DNA from: Octopus bimaculoides
Lineage: Eukaryota
NCBI RefSeq assembly: GCF_001194135.2
Contig: NC_068981.1
Coordinates: 53,015,901 to 53,079,900, forward strand
Reading direction: 5' to 3'
Length of the DNA: 64,000 nucleotides
Positions 39,701 through 53,630 of this stretch are shown here, piece by piece (position 1 is the first letter of the stretch; every line of letters starts with the position of its first letter). Below the pieces are notes generated by a model. The model worked only from the letters and a program-made list of their open reading frames with translations. It made no database searches and was not told the DNA's origin. Both the position numbers and the translations under genes were made by a program.

Positions 39701-41836
39701 GTGGTAAGATTTCAAGTTTGTTATGGTTCACTTATTTTACACACGCACACACACATATATCTATATATCCCCTCTTTTATCTGGATAATTAAAGGCAAAT
39801 CAAGAAGCTTGCCAGCTGAATACAGCTGTTGCATTATATGTGAAATCAATTTGGTGGCTTTTCTTGCATATTTTCTATGAAGATCCCTATGAAATGTGGT
39901 CCCCCAATTGTATTTTGACACTTGAAATGTGGTTGCATCATTGTTTTTGAAGTTATTAGTTATTAGGTAAGTTTTGTCAGTGGTCATTTTAAGTATTTTT
40001 ATAATAATTCCAACAATGGTTTTAGCTCTCGTAACAGAACTCTTTTTTTGGTATCTTGAAATTTTATAGTTTTCATTCATTTTCTACTTTAAGCATTAAT
40101 AAAATTATTTTCTTTCAATAAAATAAATACTTCAACAATACAATTTCTAATACTTTCATTATGTAGTAAATAGTTAATACTTGAAAAGAAATCTTAAGCC
40201 TTTGATATGTTTTTAGTTTTATTTTATTTTTTACATATAAATAGTTTCAAGCATATAATAATTATAATTCCCTGAAAAAAAAAAATGAAGTACTGATTCT
40301 AAAAATATGCTAGCTCTCATATTCTAAATTTTAAGCTTTTAAATGGACTTCCCATTATTTTTGTTTTTACATTAACATGTATGGAACAACATCATGGATT
40401 CAGAAAGAATTGGAATCACAAATAGCTCATATTTTTCTCAATTTTTTTATGTTTGTGTTGTTGTCTAAGGATTTAGATTTCACCAATAAAATATAATTGA
40501 CAAACACCTTCCAAACTGGAGCATTGGACCTAATATTTCTGGAAGTATTTCTTGCAAAATAAAATAAACTATTGCCTATATGCAAATCATAAAATTTTTT
40601 AAAATATTTATAAATTAGATTTGTGTAATGCCATTAACTCATAACAAGCAAAAACCCAAGTTCAATAAAATGTTTATTATAAGCATCTTTTAATATTCAA
40701 GTGACTTCTATTTTATTGCTTTCTTCTCTTCTAATGTTTCTTTTGGCTCTCAGGATAAATATAACTTGTTTTAGTTTCCAATATGAAATAATAGAACTAA
40801 ATTTTCAATGAAACAATACAAAATATGGATTTTTATTCAATATAAATATACATTTAGCATATGGATTTTCTGTTACTTTTATTTATTATATTCTATTTAT
40901 TTGGCTCAAGACTTGTACAGTCTTCACTAAAATTACATGACAAGGTAATATCCATCCTTTCTAAACTAAACATCATTACTTTTAGCTTGAAGTTCTTGTA
41001 TGGTTATATTTAGTAATAATTATTTTATTTAAGGACAAAAATGTATTTATTTTGATATGTTATTCATTTTACAGGAACTTCTCGTTTTTGTTTTGCTTAC
41101 CATTAAAAAACGATGCATAGCAATTAGATTTCTCTGAGAGTTTGCTACTATTCTAACCATCATTATAATAATTCAGCTTTGCTAGTTATAGAAAATACAT
41201 CAGCAATGGAAACTATAAACTAATTTGGTTGTACAATTTTCAAATTGTGATTCTTTTTGTAACCAAAATAAATTATTTAATGTTTTACTACTCTCCCCTC
41301 CCTTTCTCTCTAATCTCCTTATTTTCTCTCTATTTTATCTATGCTATGATTAATACTAAGTTATGAAAATCTAAGTTTTTCAGTTATCTGGAATGATGCT
41401 GCTATTTTATTTTATTAATTTTTCAAATTAACTATTGCTCCATAAAATATTCATATTGATAGCTATTATATGTTACTTTTCAGAATTTAAGTCCCTTTTT
41501 AGTATCTTAATAAATTAGATGCTGATTAAAGTTTTTTTTTTTTGGTGGCGGGGGGTGCCTGTACAAGAAAAATTAGTTCATTAAATAGATAATTTCTCCT
41601 CATCTTATTGAATAATCATTCTGTAACCTATGATTAATGCAACAAAATAGTTTGCATTGAACTTATAATGTTCAGGCATTTAAAATGTATTAGTTATTAC
41701 ACAATACCATAGCCATAAACATTTTAAAAAACATTGATATAGATAATGTACTCTTTATACCAGTTCAAATATTGCTAAACTGAGTAAATTTCTATTATAT
41801 ATGTTATCAGTTAGTATAACAAGATATTAATATTAA

Positions 41837-42007
41837 GTGGATTGGCAGAACCAGTAGAATGATGGACAAAATTCCTTGTGGTATTTAGTTGTGTATCTTT
41901 ACATTCTGAGTTCAAATTTTACCTAGGTTAACTTTGCCTTTCATTCTTCTGGGTTTGTTAAAGTAAGTACCAGCTGATTACTGGATTCAGTTTAATTGAT
42001 TACGCCC
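41837..42007 (+). mobile_element. tRNA-derived SINE (family A)
   Basis: ttggcagaa...ttctgagttcaaatt...actttgcctttcattcttctggg...taagtaccag. Same family as 203-403. Confidence 0.75.
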
Positions 42008-43719
42008 ATCTTGCATATTTGAGGCCTTGTGCTTTTTTAGAAATCAGTATTAAGTAAGTGCAGCACTACTGTTATATATAAGTGCATTTAGCATTTAGAG
42101 CTACTGGTACCATTGTCCACAACTCGCAAATTTTATATGTATTTTAAAAATCCGGAAAAAACTGTCTTTTTATTGTAACAATGTAAATTTGGAAGATGAC
42201 TAAGTACTGTCTAAAAATCATAGTGAAATATCACTTGCTCCAATTGAATAATGCTCCAAGCTAAGATTTTTAAATAATTAATTGAAATATATTGTGATCT
42301 TACATTACTTTCTTTTTCCTTTGGCATTCTGTATAATAATTTTATGTAGTTTTAATTTTTTGTCTGGGACAGATGTGAATGTAAGAATGATATAAAATGG
42401 CAGATATTATGGTTCATTAGACTAACACAACAACAAAGATAGCTGCTAAACAAAAGTATGAATAAGTTCATTGGCTGTTAGTTGATATAGAAATTGTTTC
42501 TAAAGATACTGATTCCTTCTAAGTGTGCTAAACACTACATCCTAATAATCTGAGAAATACTATGTGTCTTTTTACCTTTTCCCCCATTAAAGTAGCCATT
42601 GGTGAAAGAATCAACCTTAGCTTATCTAATGAAGGAGAAAGTCAGATGCTTAACTCTGAACACATTTAGCAGTATTTTGTAGATGTGTTTAGTGTAAATT
42701 TTCAGGGATTTGTGATATTAATGAACATGTGAGGTAAGCTACAGAATTTTTAGCAGTATCATATAAAATCATGTTACAGTTGCATAGATGCTAAGAGATC
42801 AAACAACATCATGAAAATGATGTGAACAGGAATTTAACTATGTTAAGTATTAGTTCTGTTTGAAATCATCATTGATAGAACTAATTGCACATGTTTCAGA
42901 TTTTAAGTTGTTGTTAGTTCTGATGTTCAAGCAAAATATTGAAAAAAATTGCAATAAATATTTCCTTTATTTTATAATTTAAATATTTCTGAAAATATCA
43001 AAGAAATAAATCCCAGCAATGTTTTAAAGAGAATTAAAATGTTGTGTGAAGAGCCTCACAGATTTTGGATGTTTAACTTGAGTTCATGAAATATTTTTTT
43101 CATATTTAACTTTATAACTATGAGCATAATCTTCAACACAAACCCTAGCTGAAAAGAATTTAGAAATGATTTATAGTACTAAAAAAAGGAAAATTTATTT
43201 TAGGAGATGTATTGACCTTTATCCATTCATATATTTAAAGTCAATGTATTATTTCAGCTGCAACAAAGCTGCATCATGTAGTCTATAATTCAGTTCCTTT
43301 GAAGTTTATTAGTCCTAAAATTTCAAACTTAGTTTCTAAACGATATAAATAGTCTGTATGATATTAATATATTGATAGCACTAAATGTTTTCAGTCCATA
43401 GATCTTTTGACTGAAATACTGAAGTATATTAAAATTCAAAATTTTATAAAAATTTTTATATTTTGCAGAGCATATAAAAATATTTTGTCTTGTAATTAGT
43501 AGTTTAATTATTGCAATATAATAATATTGATTTTAAGCTGAAGGTTAATTTGAAATATATGAATTAAGAATTCATATATTTTGAATTAGCCGTAATTCTA
43601 CCATTGTAGAATTCAGTAGGTTGAACCCATTATATCATAGACACTTATGTTTTTATATTACTCTTCTCTTATTAATAGAATGGGGTTTTTTTTAAGAAAT
43701 ATGTACTGTAGGTATATAT

Positions 43720-44361
43720 NNNNNNNNNNNNNNNNNNNNNNNNNNNNNNNNNNNNNNNNNNNNNNNNNNNNNNNNNNNNNNNNNNNNNNNNNNNNNNNNN
43801 NNNNNNNNNNNNNNNNNNNNNNNNNNNNNNNNNNNNNNNNNNNNNNNNNNNNNNNNNNNNNNNNNNNNNNNNNNNNNNNNNNNNNNNNNNNNNNNNNNNN
43901 NNNNNNNNNNNNNNNNNNNNNNNNNNNNNNNNNNNNNNNNNNNNNNNNNNNNNNNNNNNNNNNNNNNNNNNNNNNNNNNNNNNNNNNNNNNNNNNNNNNN
44001 NNNNNNNNNNNNNNNNNNNNNNNNNNNNNNNNNNNNNNNNNNNNNNNNNNNNNNNNNNNNNNNNNNNNNNNNNNNNNNNNNNNNNNNNNNNNNNNNNNNN
44101 NNNNNNNNNNNNNNNNNNNNNNNNNNNNNNNNNNNNNNNNNNNNNNNNNNNNNNNNNNNNNNNNNNNNNNNNNNNNNNNNNNNNNNNNNNNNNNNNNNNN
44201 NNNNNNNNNNNNNNNNNNNNNNNNNNNNNNNNNNNNNNNNNNNNNNNNNNNNNNNNNNNNNNNNNNNNNNNNNNNNNNNNNNNNNNNNNNNNNNNNNNNN
44301 NNNNNNNNNNNNNNNNNNNNNNNNNNNNNNNNNNNNNNNNNNNNNNNNNNNNNNNNNNNNN
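43720..44361. other. Assembly gap (642 N) flanked by (TA)n
   Basis: Run of N. Confidence 1.
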
Positions 44362-46270
44362 TATATATATAGCTCTGGTATATTTTCAGCAAGATTGCTC
44401 GATATCAAGTTCTGTACTATAACAACCTGTCCAGTCTTTCCATTACAACATTTGATATTACTTTTTCTTTCATACAAAAATTCTTTTTTGATTATATTTT
44501 CCTTCACTGTTTTATGTTTTCCAATTGGGAAAAGAATTTAAAATTTTGAAAATTGTAAAATTGAAGGGTTTTTTAGTAATCCTTGACAATCATTTATTTC
44601 ATTTTATTTTTTATTTATCTTTTAATGTGATAACATCTGCAAATCTTTTATTTATTACCTGTATGATTCAAACTGATGTGGGAGAGTTAGCCTATTATGG
44701 TGTTCTTTTGCTCGTATTAATACGAGTAATTCATTTTCCCTATTAGTTTTGTTTAAATCTATAATATGCAAATCTCAGTGCAATAAGTGACTATCACTTG
44801 ATATACTAATAAATATTGTTATATCTTTACTTTCGTCTTTTTTTAATTATTTCTATTATTTTATTTTATTAAGAAGTTTTTACATTTACTTATATTAGAT
44901 ATCTAATAAGAGATATTTACTAATATATGATCATAAACTAGTAAGTAATTTGATATCTTAAAGATATTAGAAATATAATGTATTATTGAATGAAATTAGA
45001 CCAACTATTATATTTCATTAAAGAAATCATTCATCAGTTCTCATTTCTTATGTTACCTACATAATGTAAATGGCATAGTGGGATGAAATTTAGTATGTGA
45101 AGGTATTTTGGCTGCCTAAGAACTCTAAAATTTAAAGAAGCAAATTTTAAAGATAAGTAATTGAATTTATTATTGTTTAATAATAAATCATATTTAATTA
45201 TTAAATACCTTCCTCTATGGCTTTACTTTTAAAAGACCCAGCTATTTAAGGAATAAAAAGAACTGAGAATAAAGCAAGGATTTAGTTTGGTGGTAATTTT
45301 TAAAAGATTAAGAATTTTCTTTATTAAATAAAACTTAATCCTTACTAAGTATATTTTGATTATTAACAAAATTTTATTCTTTAGATATTCAAAATTCTAT
45401 AGAAATTCAAAATAGATTGAACCCATAAACTGAAGTGTAAGCCAACTGCAATAAAATGTAAGTAGAATATAATAAAATTAAACAAAATATAATAAAATAG
45501 TCAATATTTGCATATTACAAAAATATCATCTTTTGATCATAATAGGTTCACAAAGATTTTATTTTTAATGTACTAGATTTAAGAAATCAGAAATAGAATC
45601 TGAAAGATGCATGATAACAAAAAAGTTACAGATCACCTGAAAAACAACTTGCCTGGATACTAAAGAATTATTTGACAAGATATATCCACACTCCAGAAAT
45701 AAAGCTTACTGAAAAGAAATGAAATATCTCCATAATGGCAATAGAGCCAAATAAAGAATTCAGTTTCTGAAAGCACAGGTGGTGGGGAACTAAATAGAAG
45801 TTTACTATCATACACAAATAGTCAATTTACTTTCTCAGCTGCACAAAAATCTCTTGGAATTTTCAACAAATTCATTTTGCATTGGTACATTGAGAAAATT
45901 ATTGTTTAGTGGAATGTTGTACGATTTTTAGTTTTGATATTTTTGCAAATCATTGTATTCAGAGTTTAGAGGGTTTTGAGATGGCCAAGATAATAAAGCC
46001 CTTGACTAAATGCATTTCAGTATTTAATTTTTATATGATATGTACTATGTTCAAATACTGTCTGGGTCAACTTGATTTTTCATTGCTCCTCAATCAATAA
46101 AACAAGTACTACTAATATAGTGATGAATACTTAGTTTGCTGTAGCTTTTTTGCATCAAAAATAGGCTCTGTGAGTCTAAGAATCCGTGTTTAGTATTTGT
46201 CTCCTATTTTTGATGGTTTTAATAAAACATAGACACTAGCTTCTTTTATGATTATATATGTGTATATATA

Positions 46271-46326
46271 NNNNNNNNNNNNNNNNNNNNNNNNNNNNNN
46301 NNNNNNNNNNNNNNNNNNNNNNNNNN
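46271..46326. other. Assembly gap (56 N) within (TA)n
   Basis: Run of N. Confidence 1.
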
Positions 46327-46359
<33 letters not shown>

Positions 46360-47414
46360 TTTGATCATGCTTTGTTTTTATAGTCCATTTATCTCCATTC
46401 ATCTGACCCAGTTTAAGAAACATGTAAGTTTTGCATAAATTTTTAACAATTTATTTTAGATCATTAAACATGAAAATTTTTTAGGAAGAAAGATATATAC
46501 CCTTATCTATCTCGCTCTAATTTCTTGATAATAGTAAAAGAAATAGAGGACAATAAATTCACAAGTTTCTTTAAAATTTACTACTAAGAATGACAACTCT
46601 TCTAAAAAGTAGCAATAGAATTTCGGAACAAAATATTTTATAATCTATTCTGATTTGCTTAATAATTCCAGCATTAGGTAATTTCTTATGAAATGATTTT
46701 ACTTATAAAGGTTGCTAATGAAGCAGTCCAACAGGCTTACATAACAACAAACCTTATCAAGCAAAAATTTGCCAACAGAATTCAGTTATTGAAGCACACT
46801 GCTGAATTAAATTAAATTGCAAACAAATTTGTTAAAGATTTCTCTTCTATGTACTAAATAGTATATCAGACGGATGTTTTATTACAAAAATGTCAACACT
46901 TTTGGCTTTGCCTCTCAGCTGTGAAGAAAAGCATATGGTACAAAATTACAATAATCAAAATTTCAGGATATAATTTGGTTCCCAAGACAATGTATTAATT
47001 CCCACAGAATTGAATGTGTGGTGATTATTATGAAATTATTGTTTGAATTTTTTTTTTCTTTTGACATTTTCTAGAGTAAAAACTGTTTGAAATCATTGGT
47101 AATAAATATTTCTCAAAGAGTTCTGCTTCCAATTGATCATTCAGTATTTTTTAAAGTGACATTCCTGATCAATATATTAATTATTCATTGATACTGTCTG
47201 TGATGTCCTGACATATATTAAAATTAATTTCCCCTTCATTATGAATATATTTCATACTGGTTATAACTATTTGTCCCGTAATGATGAAAGGTATTTAACT
47301 TTATTTTTATCTTTTGTTTGTTTTTCTTTGTCATTTCTAGATAGTTTTTACCAGAATTATTTCTGTCCATTTGGATTTGTTTTCATAATAGGAGTTTTAA
47401 TCAACTTTTGTCTA

Positions 47415-47429
47415 TCTAGCTATCTATCC

Positions 47430-47475
<46 letters not shown>

Positions 47476-47489
47476 TTATCTATCTATCT
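47415..47489. repeat. (TATC)n tetranucleotide microsatellite
   Basis: Seen directly. Confidence 0.95.
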
Positions 47490-48949
47490 ACACTCTTACT
47501 TTTAATAATTCAGTTTCTAGGGTAAATTTATCTGGAATATATTTTACGAAACTCCAATGATTACTTTATGCAACTGAGATTTATTTTTGGTTTTATTTCA
47601 CGATAGAAAATTTTAATTAGGATAAAAAAAAAGTATCAGCTAAATTATGGTCTGAGATTCTAGAAAAAATGTTTTTTAGGGCAGTTTAATGTCTATTAAA
47701 AAATTTATTTTTTGTTCTTGTGGATTCATTGATGTATTAAATGAAAATGTTATCAATAAAAATGTTCTAATCTTTTTTTTCATTGTTATTGTCTAACATT
47801 TCTCTAAGTTGATAGTTTATTACTTTTTCTAGAAAATATAATCAGCTTTTCAATTTTCACTACTGACTAAATAACATTAAAACTCCTAAAAAAGGTTAAA
47901 ATAAAGGATTATTTTACTGTGATGATAGCCTGTTCAATCCAAGAGTATGTGTTAGGTTCTTATGAGAATGACAAAAATGATTATATACTTTCATTTATGA
48001 GATAGTATGGTCTTGGATTTGTTGGGAGTAATATGCAAAGGTTTTAGAAGTTCGTAAAAGATGCCAATGTAATTAAGATGGAAAATTAGCTATCAAAACA
48101 TTCAAAAGTGTAACAGAGAAAAGAAAATACCATAAAGGAATAGACTGTCTGAACATCAACATGACAGCGTATACAATAGAAGCAAGGCATTAAATTTATC
48201 AGTAGGGAAAGATGTATAAATCTTATCTGACTCTATAATAAATGGAGGAAACCTCCAATAAGGTCATGCTAAACTTTTCTCTATCAACAATTAAAAAAAA
48301 AAACGCAAGCTTTGCTCACTGATATGAAGAAAATATTGTTGCACCTCATCATCTATAAACATGAATCACATGCAACCAAAGCTCTCACAGTCAACTCAAA
48401 TACTAGGTCTCACTATCACTGTAGATCATTCATAGCAAATACACATAGCTAGAACTTCATCTTCAAGACTTCAGGGTCTTTGAAGTATTTTCTACCTTCA
48501 GAGATAGAAAATACTTCAGCCCTCAGCAATTTTCAAAGTTCAAGTGAAACCTACAACTAAGACAGTGTTACTGCCAAACACACATAAGCATCCTAAATTG
48601 CATCCAGAGAAAGGCCTCCTGACTAATTGACATACAATGATTCACAGATATGGACCAGCCTCTGGCCCACAGGTATGCTCGTGATCTCGAAATGTTTTAA
48701 GCAACATGTTAACAGCATCAGTCTTACCAATTTCAAAGGACTAGCATTGGTCATGGGGACCACACCTTTCTTCATACCTAGCAAATAAAAATATTGCTGA
48801 AAAATAAGCACACCAAAAAAAGATCATTTAAAAAAAAATAATAATTGCAGTGATCTAGAATATCAATAGTCCAAGGGCTGAAATTATTCAAAGACCCCTA
48901 TTTAGGCTGACTTTTGTAGGGTTAGAAAATATTCATTTTTTATAAATAT

Positions 48950-50420
48950 CTTATAAGAACTTTTATGTTTACAAGTGAATCAAATGACAATACATTCAAT
49001 GAAGAATCTTTCATTGACCATCAAGTATTTCTTTCTCTCCATCCTTCCTACTGGGACTCTTATAGTAGAATTTGGAACTTAATGTTATTTAAAATTTTAT
49101 TATGTATGTTTAATCTTATATAATTAAAGGCATACAACATTTAAAACATTATTTAAACCATAAGAATTCCCCAACAGCAACAGGCTATGGTTGATCTATA
49201 AGAAAATACGAAGAGGGTCTATACTATGCAGGTATTTCAACCATAGGATCATTAGATATGTTATATCCATTACAACTTCTTTCACACATGTAATACTTAA
49301 CAGTTTTATACCATATACTTTTGAGAGAAACACCTCATTTGACTTTTGAGTTTGAATGTTCTGGCAAGTTCAGTATATTATCAACAGTGTAAGTGATCAA
49401 AAGTGTCTGTGAACTAAGCTTATGAAAGGGTATTTTGTTAGCCAAAATGATTCCAAGAATGAAATTTTAGCTTCTAGTAGTTGGTTTCATGTGTTGATAA
49501 CCAAGTTCAGAAAGATTCTCTTTAGTATTGTATCTGGCATCAAGGTAGATAGGGACCAGATTTAAAAGTACTGGTTCTCATGCAGCAATGTCTTTCACAT
49601 GCATAATGAGTTCTGATGGACTGCCACTTCATAAAGTATTGCTGTTGCTGTTGATGGCAAGGTGTCGACAGTTTCAGCTCTGTTGACTAAGAGCTTTCTT
49701 TTGGACTAAGTTAAATTAACGAAGTATGCTACATGAATTCTATCTATCCCCAGGATAGATAGAATGATAGACATTTTGTATTCTTCCATATCCAGCTTTT
49801 TCACAATTTATGATGTGCTTGAAGCATTTACATGATTATGCTATAAATAGATAGTAAAGTTATATTCACTCCATTCACATTGCTGACTAATGTAATATCC
49901 AGTATTCCAGTCATTTATTGCATATTTCTCAAAGTGCAATTCAGAATGTAATGATTTTTTATGCATATATATAAAAAAATGATTTTCTTTAAAATTATGC
50001 ATTTGCTGAAATGTCATTTTGTTGTACCTGTTCATTTTATTTGTTAGGTAGGCTGTGTCGTAGTTGTTCTTTTTGTTCAGTCGCTTTTTACTTTGGTGGT
50101 TGCTACCTGAAAATTAGAGTTTCGGAAAAAATTTTTTTTTTCTATTTCATCTTTCAATTGAAATTTGTTGGTTAATCTCAGTATAGTTCTTTTTAAGTAA
50201 TATTTTGAAAGGAGCTATGACCTTGTTGGATTTAAATTTACAAATACTTTTTAAGAGAAATTGGCACATTTTATTTTCAGAGAATTGGATTTGCTTTTCT
50301 GTGTAAGATGATTCTGCTCATTAAAGATTGTGTGAGTACAAGGCATGACAGATAGGATGAGGTGTACTGGTACTTGAGTTAATAGCTTGAGTTCAATCTA
50401 TCTGTTATCTTAGCTTGCTT
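48950..50420 (-). mobile_element. Very decayed Helitron PIF1-helicase remnants (tentative)
   Basis: Minus-strand traces TVDTLPSTATAIL (about 49630-49672, like TV.AVA.TGIAA.LL), GIILANKIPF, VSLKSIWYKTVKY, and VPISL....I..QQGHS (about 50215-50270, like FPIRL.FAMTINKSQGQT). Matched by eye only. Confidence 0.4.
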
Positions 50421-51289
50421 CTGCAAATGTTATTTGTAATAGGGCTAATAAATCTAACTTTAGTTCACTGTTAGCTTGTTACTGACATTTCTGATCAATG
50501 ATTAATAAGAATTTCAAGTGTTTCCCAATATCTACACATTACAGAGAATAGTATAGTGATTTCTTACATTGTTTTTGATTTGTTTCACTTGTTCATTATA
50601 TACGACAGAAACAAATTTTTTCAAGAAGGCAGTAAAGTTTATTTTATCCAAAAAGTAAAGTTGCCAGCATTACCAATGTCCAGAAAATGAAGGACAGTTC
50701 ACAAGTATGAACCAAACTTTCTGTTATCTTCCATTTATTCATACTATCACATCTTGGGAGCTTGTAACATACAGAAAGAGTTAAGAGATTTCCCTTCTAG
50801 AGCAGTGTTATATATACATATATTCTTATAAAACATATAAATCAATTTTCATCCCCCCAATCTATCATCAACACAATTACTATCAACACCAAAACTGATA
50901 CAACTGCAATTACCAATCCACCAACTTTTGAATAATTAACAGGCAACAACTATAATAGTATAAATATTTTAGCAATGTCTGTAGCTACACATGTTGTATG
51001 TTTATACAATGATGTGTTTGTGTGTGTTTAGTAGAGCATGGAGTTTTCATGACTTAAGGTGGAAAGTGTGAAGTGCCTATATGAACTTGATAACCTCTCA
51101 GGTAACTGAAACAATATAGTACTTCCTCCCACCTCACCCCTTTCATTTTTTTCTTTTCCATTCTTTCATCCATAGGAAGAAGGCAGTAATATTTTGCTCT
51201 CAGAAAACTGTTCTTTCCTAGTGTTATTTTTTAATACATATTTTTTGATTGCTGTGACAGTTGGATTTTACTACAATTTAAGTTGCCTG

Positions 51290-52800
51290 TAAAGAAGCCA
51301 TCAAGTAGACCTGAAAACAGTCATGTAAGAAGGAACATTACAGTGGATATTAAACTTGATTTTTGTTCAAAGGCTTGATATGGGTGGGGGAATCAACCAC
51401 ATAGCCAAAACATTAAAGCTTGCGACATCTATATTCAGAACAGTACATGACAGTAGAGAGAAAATCATGTGCTCATGAAGTTACTCTATTAACTGCATGT
51501 ACCTCATAGATCTAATGTGATGATAAAAATGGAACAGTTCTCATGTGTATGGATTAAGGATCAGATTCAACATAATGTGCCGATCATTAATTATTATAAT
51601 CAAAATTAAAAAAGAGCTAGAAGTTTGTATGACAATATGTTGAAAATTGAAGATGAAATATCTAATGCATAAACCTTTGCTGACTTGTAAATACTGGTTT
51701 GAAAGGTTAAAGAAATGGTTGAATTTGCGCTACATAAAAATGACAGATGTAGCTGTCAGTGCTGATTCAGAGGTTGCAACTAATTATCCAGAGCAGTTGA
51801 AGAAAATGATTACTGAAAGGGTTTACACACCAAAGTAAGTCTACAATGATGATGAAACTGTACTTTTCTGAAAGCTCATGTCTCCTAGAACTTTTATTTC
51901 TTAAGATGAAAAGTCAATACCAGAATTTAAGGTTTCTAAAAATTGTTTGATGCATAATTTGGGAGGAAATGCTCCTGGTAATATAAAAGTAAAGCTCTTA
52001 CTCATGTACCATTCTGAAAATCCAAGAGCTTTTAAGGGTTATGAAAAGTTTAATCTACCTCTTATTTAACATTCATGATGGTATGGGTGGCTAACAGCCT
52101 TTTTAAAAAGTAGTTTATAAACATATTTTGTCCTAGTATAGAAAGGTACACTACCAGACATAATATTTCAAACAAAGCATCCTCTTTTAGAAAACACACC
52201 AAGCCACACACTGAAATTAAATGAGCTTTCTAATAATGTGAGAGTAGAAAATATCTTCAGAAATACACATTTACTTGAGCCAATGGAGCAAGGTGTGTTA
52301 GTTAACTTCAAGGCCTATACTTTGAGAACTTTAAAACAACCTATGAAAGCAATTGACAGGGAATGTAAACCTACAGCTAAAGACTTCTGGAAAAAGTTTA
52401 GCATTATGGATGCTGTGAATAACATAGCTAAGACAAGGGATGAAGTGAAACCTTCAACTTCGAAAGGTGTTTGGCAAAATATATCATCAGACTGTATCCA
52501 TGACATTATACTTTTTTGACTAGTATTAAGCTGACATCAAATTAAGAACAATATTGCAGCACTTGTAAATCATGTAAGGTTTAAAAAAGTCATAGGGGAT
52601 GATGTAATTGAATTGCTAGTGTCTCACAGAAAATTTATCTAACAAGGAGCTGATGTGTTAGAACAAAAGCAAACTGAGAATACAGATGAGAATAACGGAA
52701 TTCCAGCAAATTGCTAAATGTCACATATTGAGGAAGTTTAGTGACCTCAATTGTAAGTTTAATGACCTTAATTGTAAATATAGCATAAAAATTATAAGAG
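51290..52800 (+). mobile_element. Decayed Tigger/pogo transposase
   Basis: RRNITVDIKLD (HTH), WFERLKKWLNL..IKMT..A.SAD (CENP-B HTH), YNDDETVLF, GGNAPG..K.K.LL.YHSENPRA, LLEPMEQGVLVNFKAY (DDD domain). Multiple stops; no TIRs identified. Confidence 0.9.
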
Positions 52801-53085
52801 AAGTTTATAATGAACTCAGTTCTTACACTGAACTACATAAAGATATGATGCACATTAAACATCAAACTTCAGATAATTTCTTCATCCTCAAGTAGATGTT
52901 GATGATGAACTATTAGATTGAAGATTGTACCCCTCATCTTTCCAGTTGCTCTCATTCACAACCACACTTCACACAGTAGTCAAATATTTTTGTAATAAGA
53001 ACATACCCTACTACAATATTACACTTCTTATTTATTCTCTAACATATTTTCTTTGAATGTTTATACATACACATATTGCACTGTG

Positions 53086-53630
53086 TCATCATTATCATCA
53101 TCATCACCACCATTAAGTGTCTGTTTTTCGTGCTGGCATGGGTTGGATGGTTTGACTGGAACTGGTAAGGCTGGGAGTCCCACCAAGCTCCATTGTCTGT
53201 TCTTATATGGTTTCTACGGCTGGATGCCCTTGCCCTTCCTAATGCCAACCACTCCAGAGTGTACTAGGTGCTTTTTTTGTGGCACTAGTACCAGTGCTTT
53301 TTATGTGGCACCAGCACTTGTATAAATTCTGCTGTGGCAGACAGGTCTTCTTGAGTACAGCAAGACATCAGATATCTCAGTCCTTTGTCATCTCCTTTGT
53401 AAGGCTCAACATCTTGAGATCAGGCTTCAAAACTTCATCCTGTGTCTTCCTGGGTCTTCCTCTTCCACAAATCCTATCCACTTAGTACTTGGCACTTCAG
53501 TATGCAACTATCTACATCCATATGTATCACATGACCAAACCAGCATAGTCTTCTCTCTTGCACATGGCATTTAATTCCTGTTATGTCCAGCTTTTCTTTC
53601 AGTGCACTAGTGCTCTGTTGCACATATACA
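53086..53630 (-). mobile_element. 5'-truncated RTE LINE: ORF C-terminus, 3'UTR and (GAT)n tail
   Basis: Reverse complement translates VQERRLCWFGHVIHMD...GRGRPRKT.DEVLKPDLKMLSLTKEMT, followed by the same 3' sequence as the (GAT)n-tailed short repeats. Confidence 0.85.
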
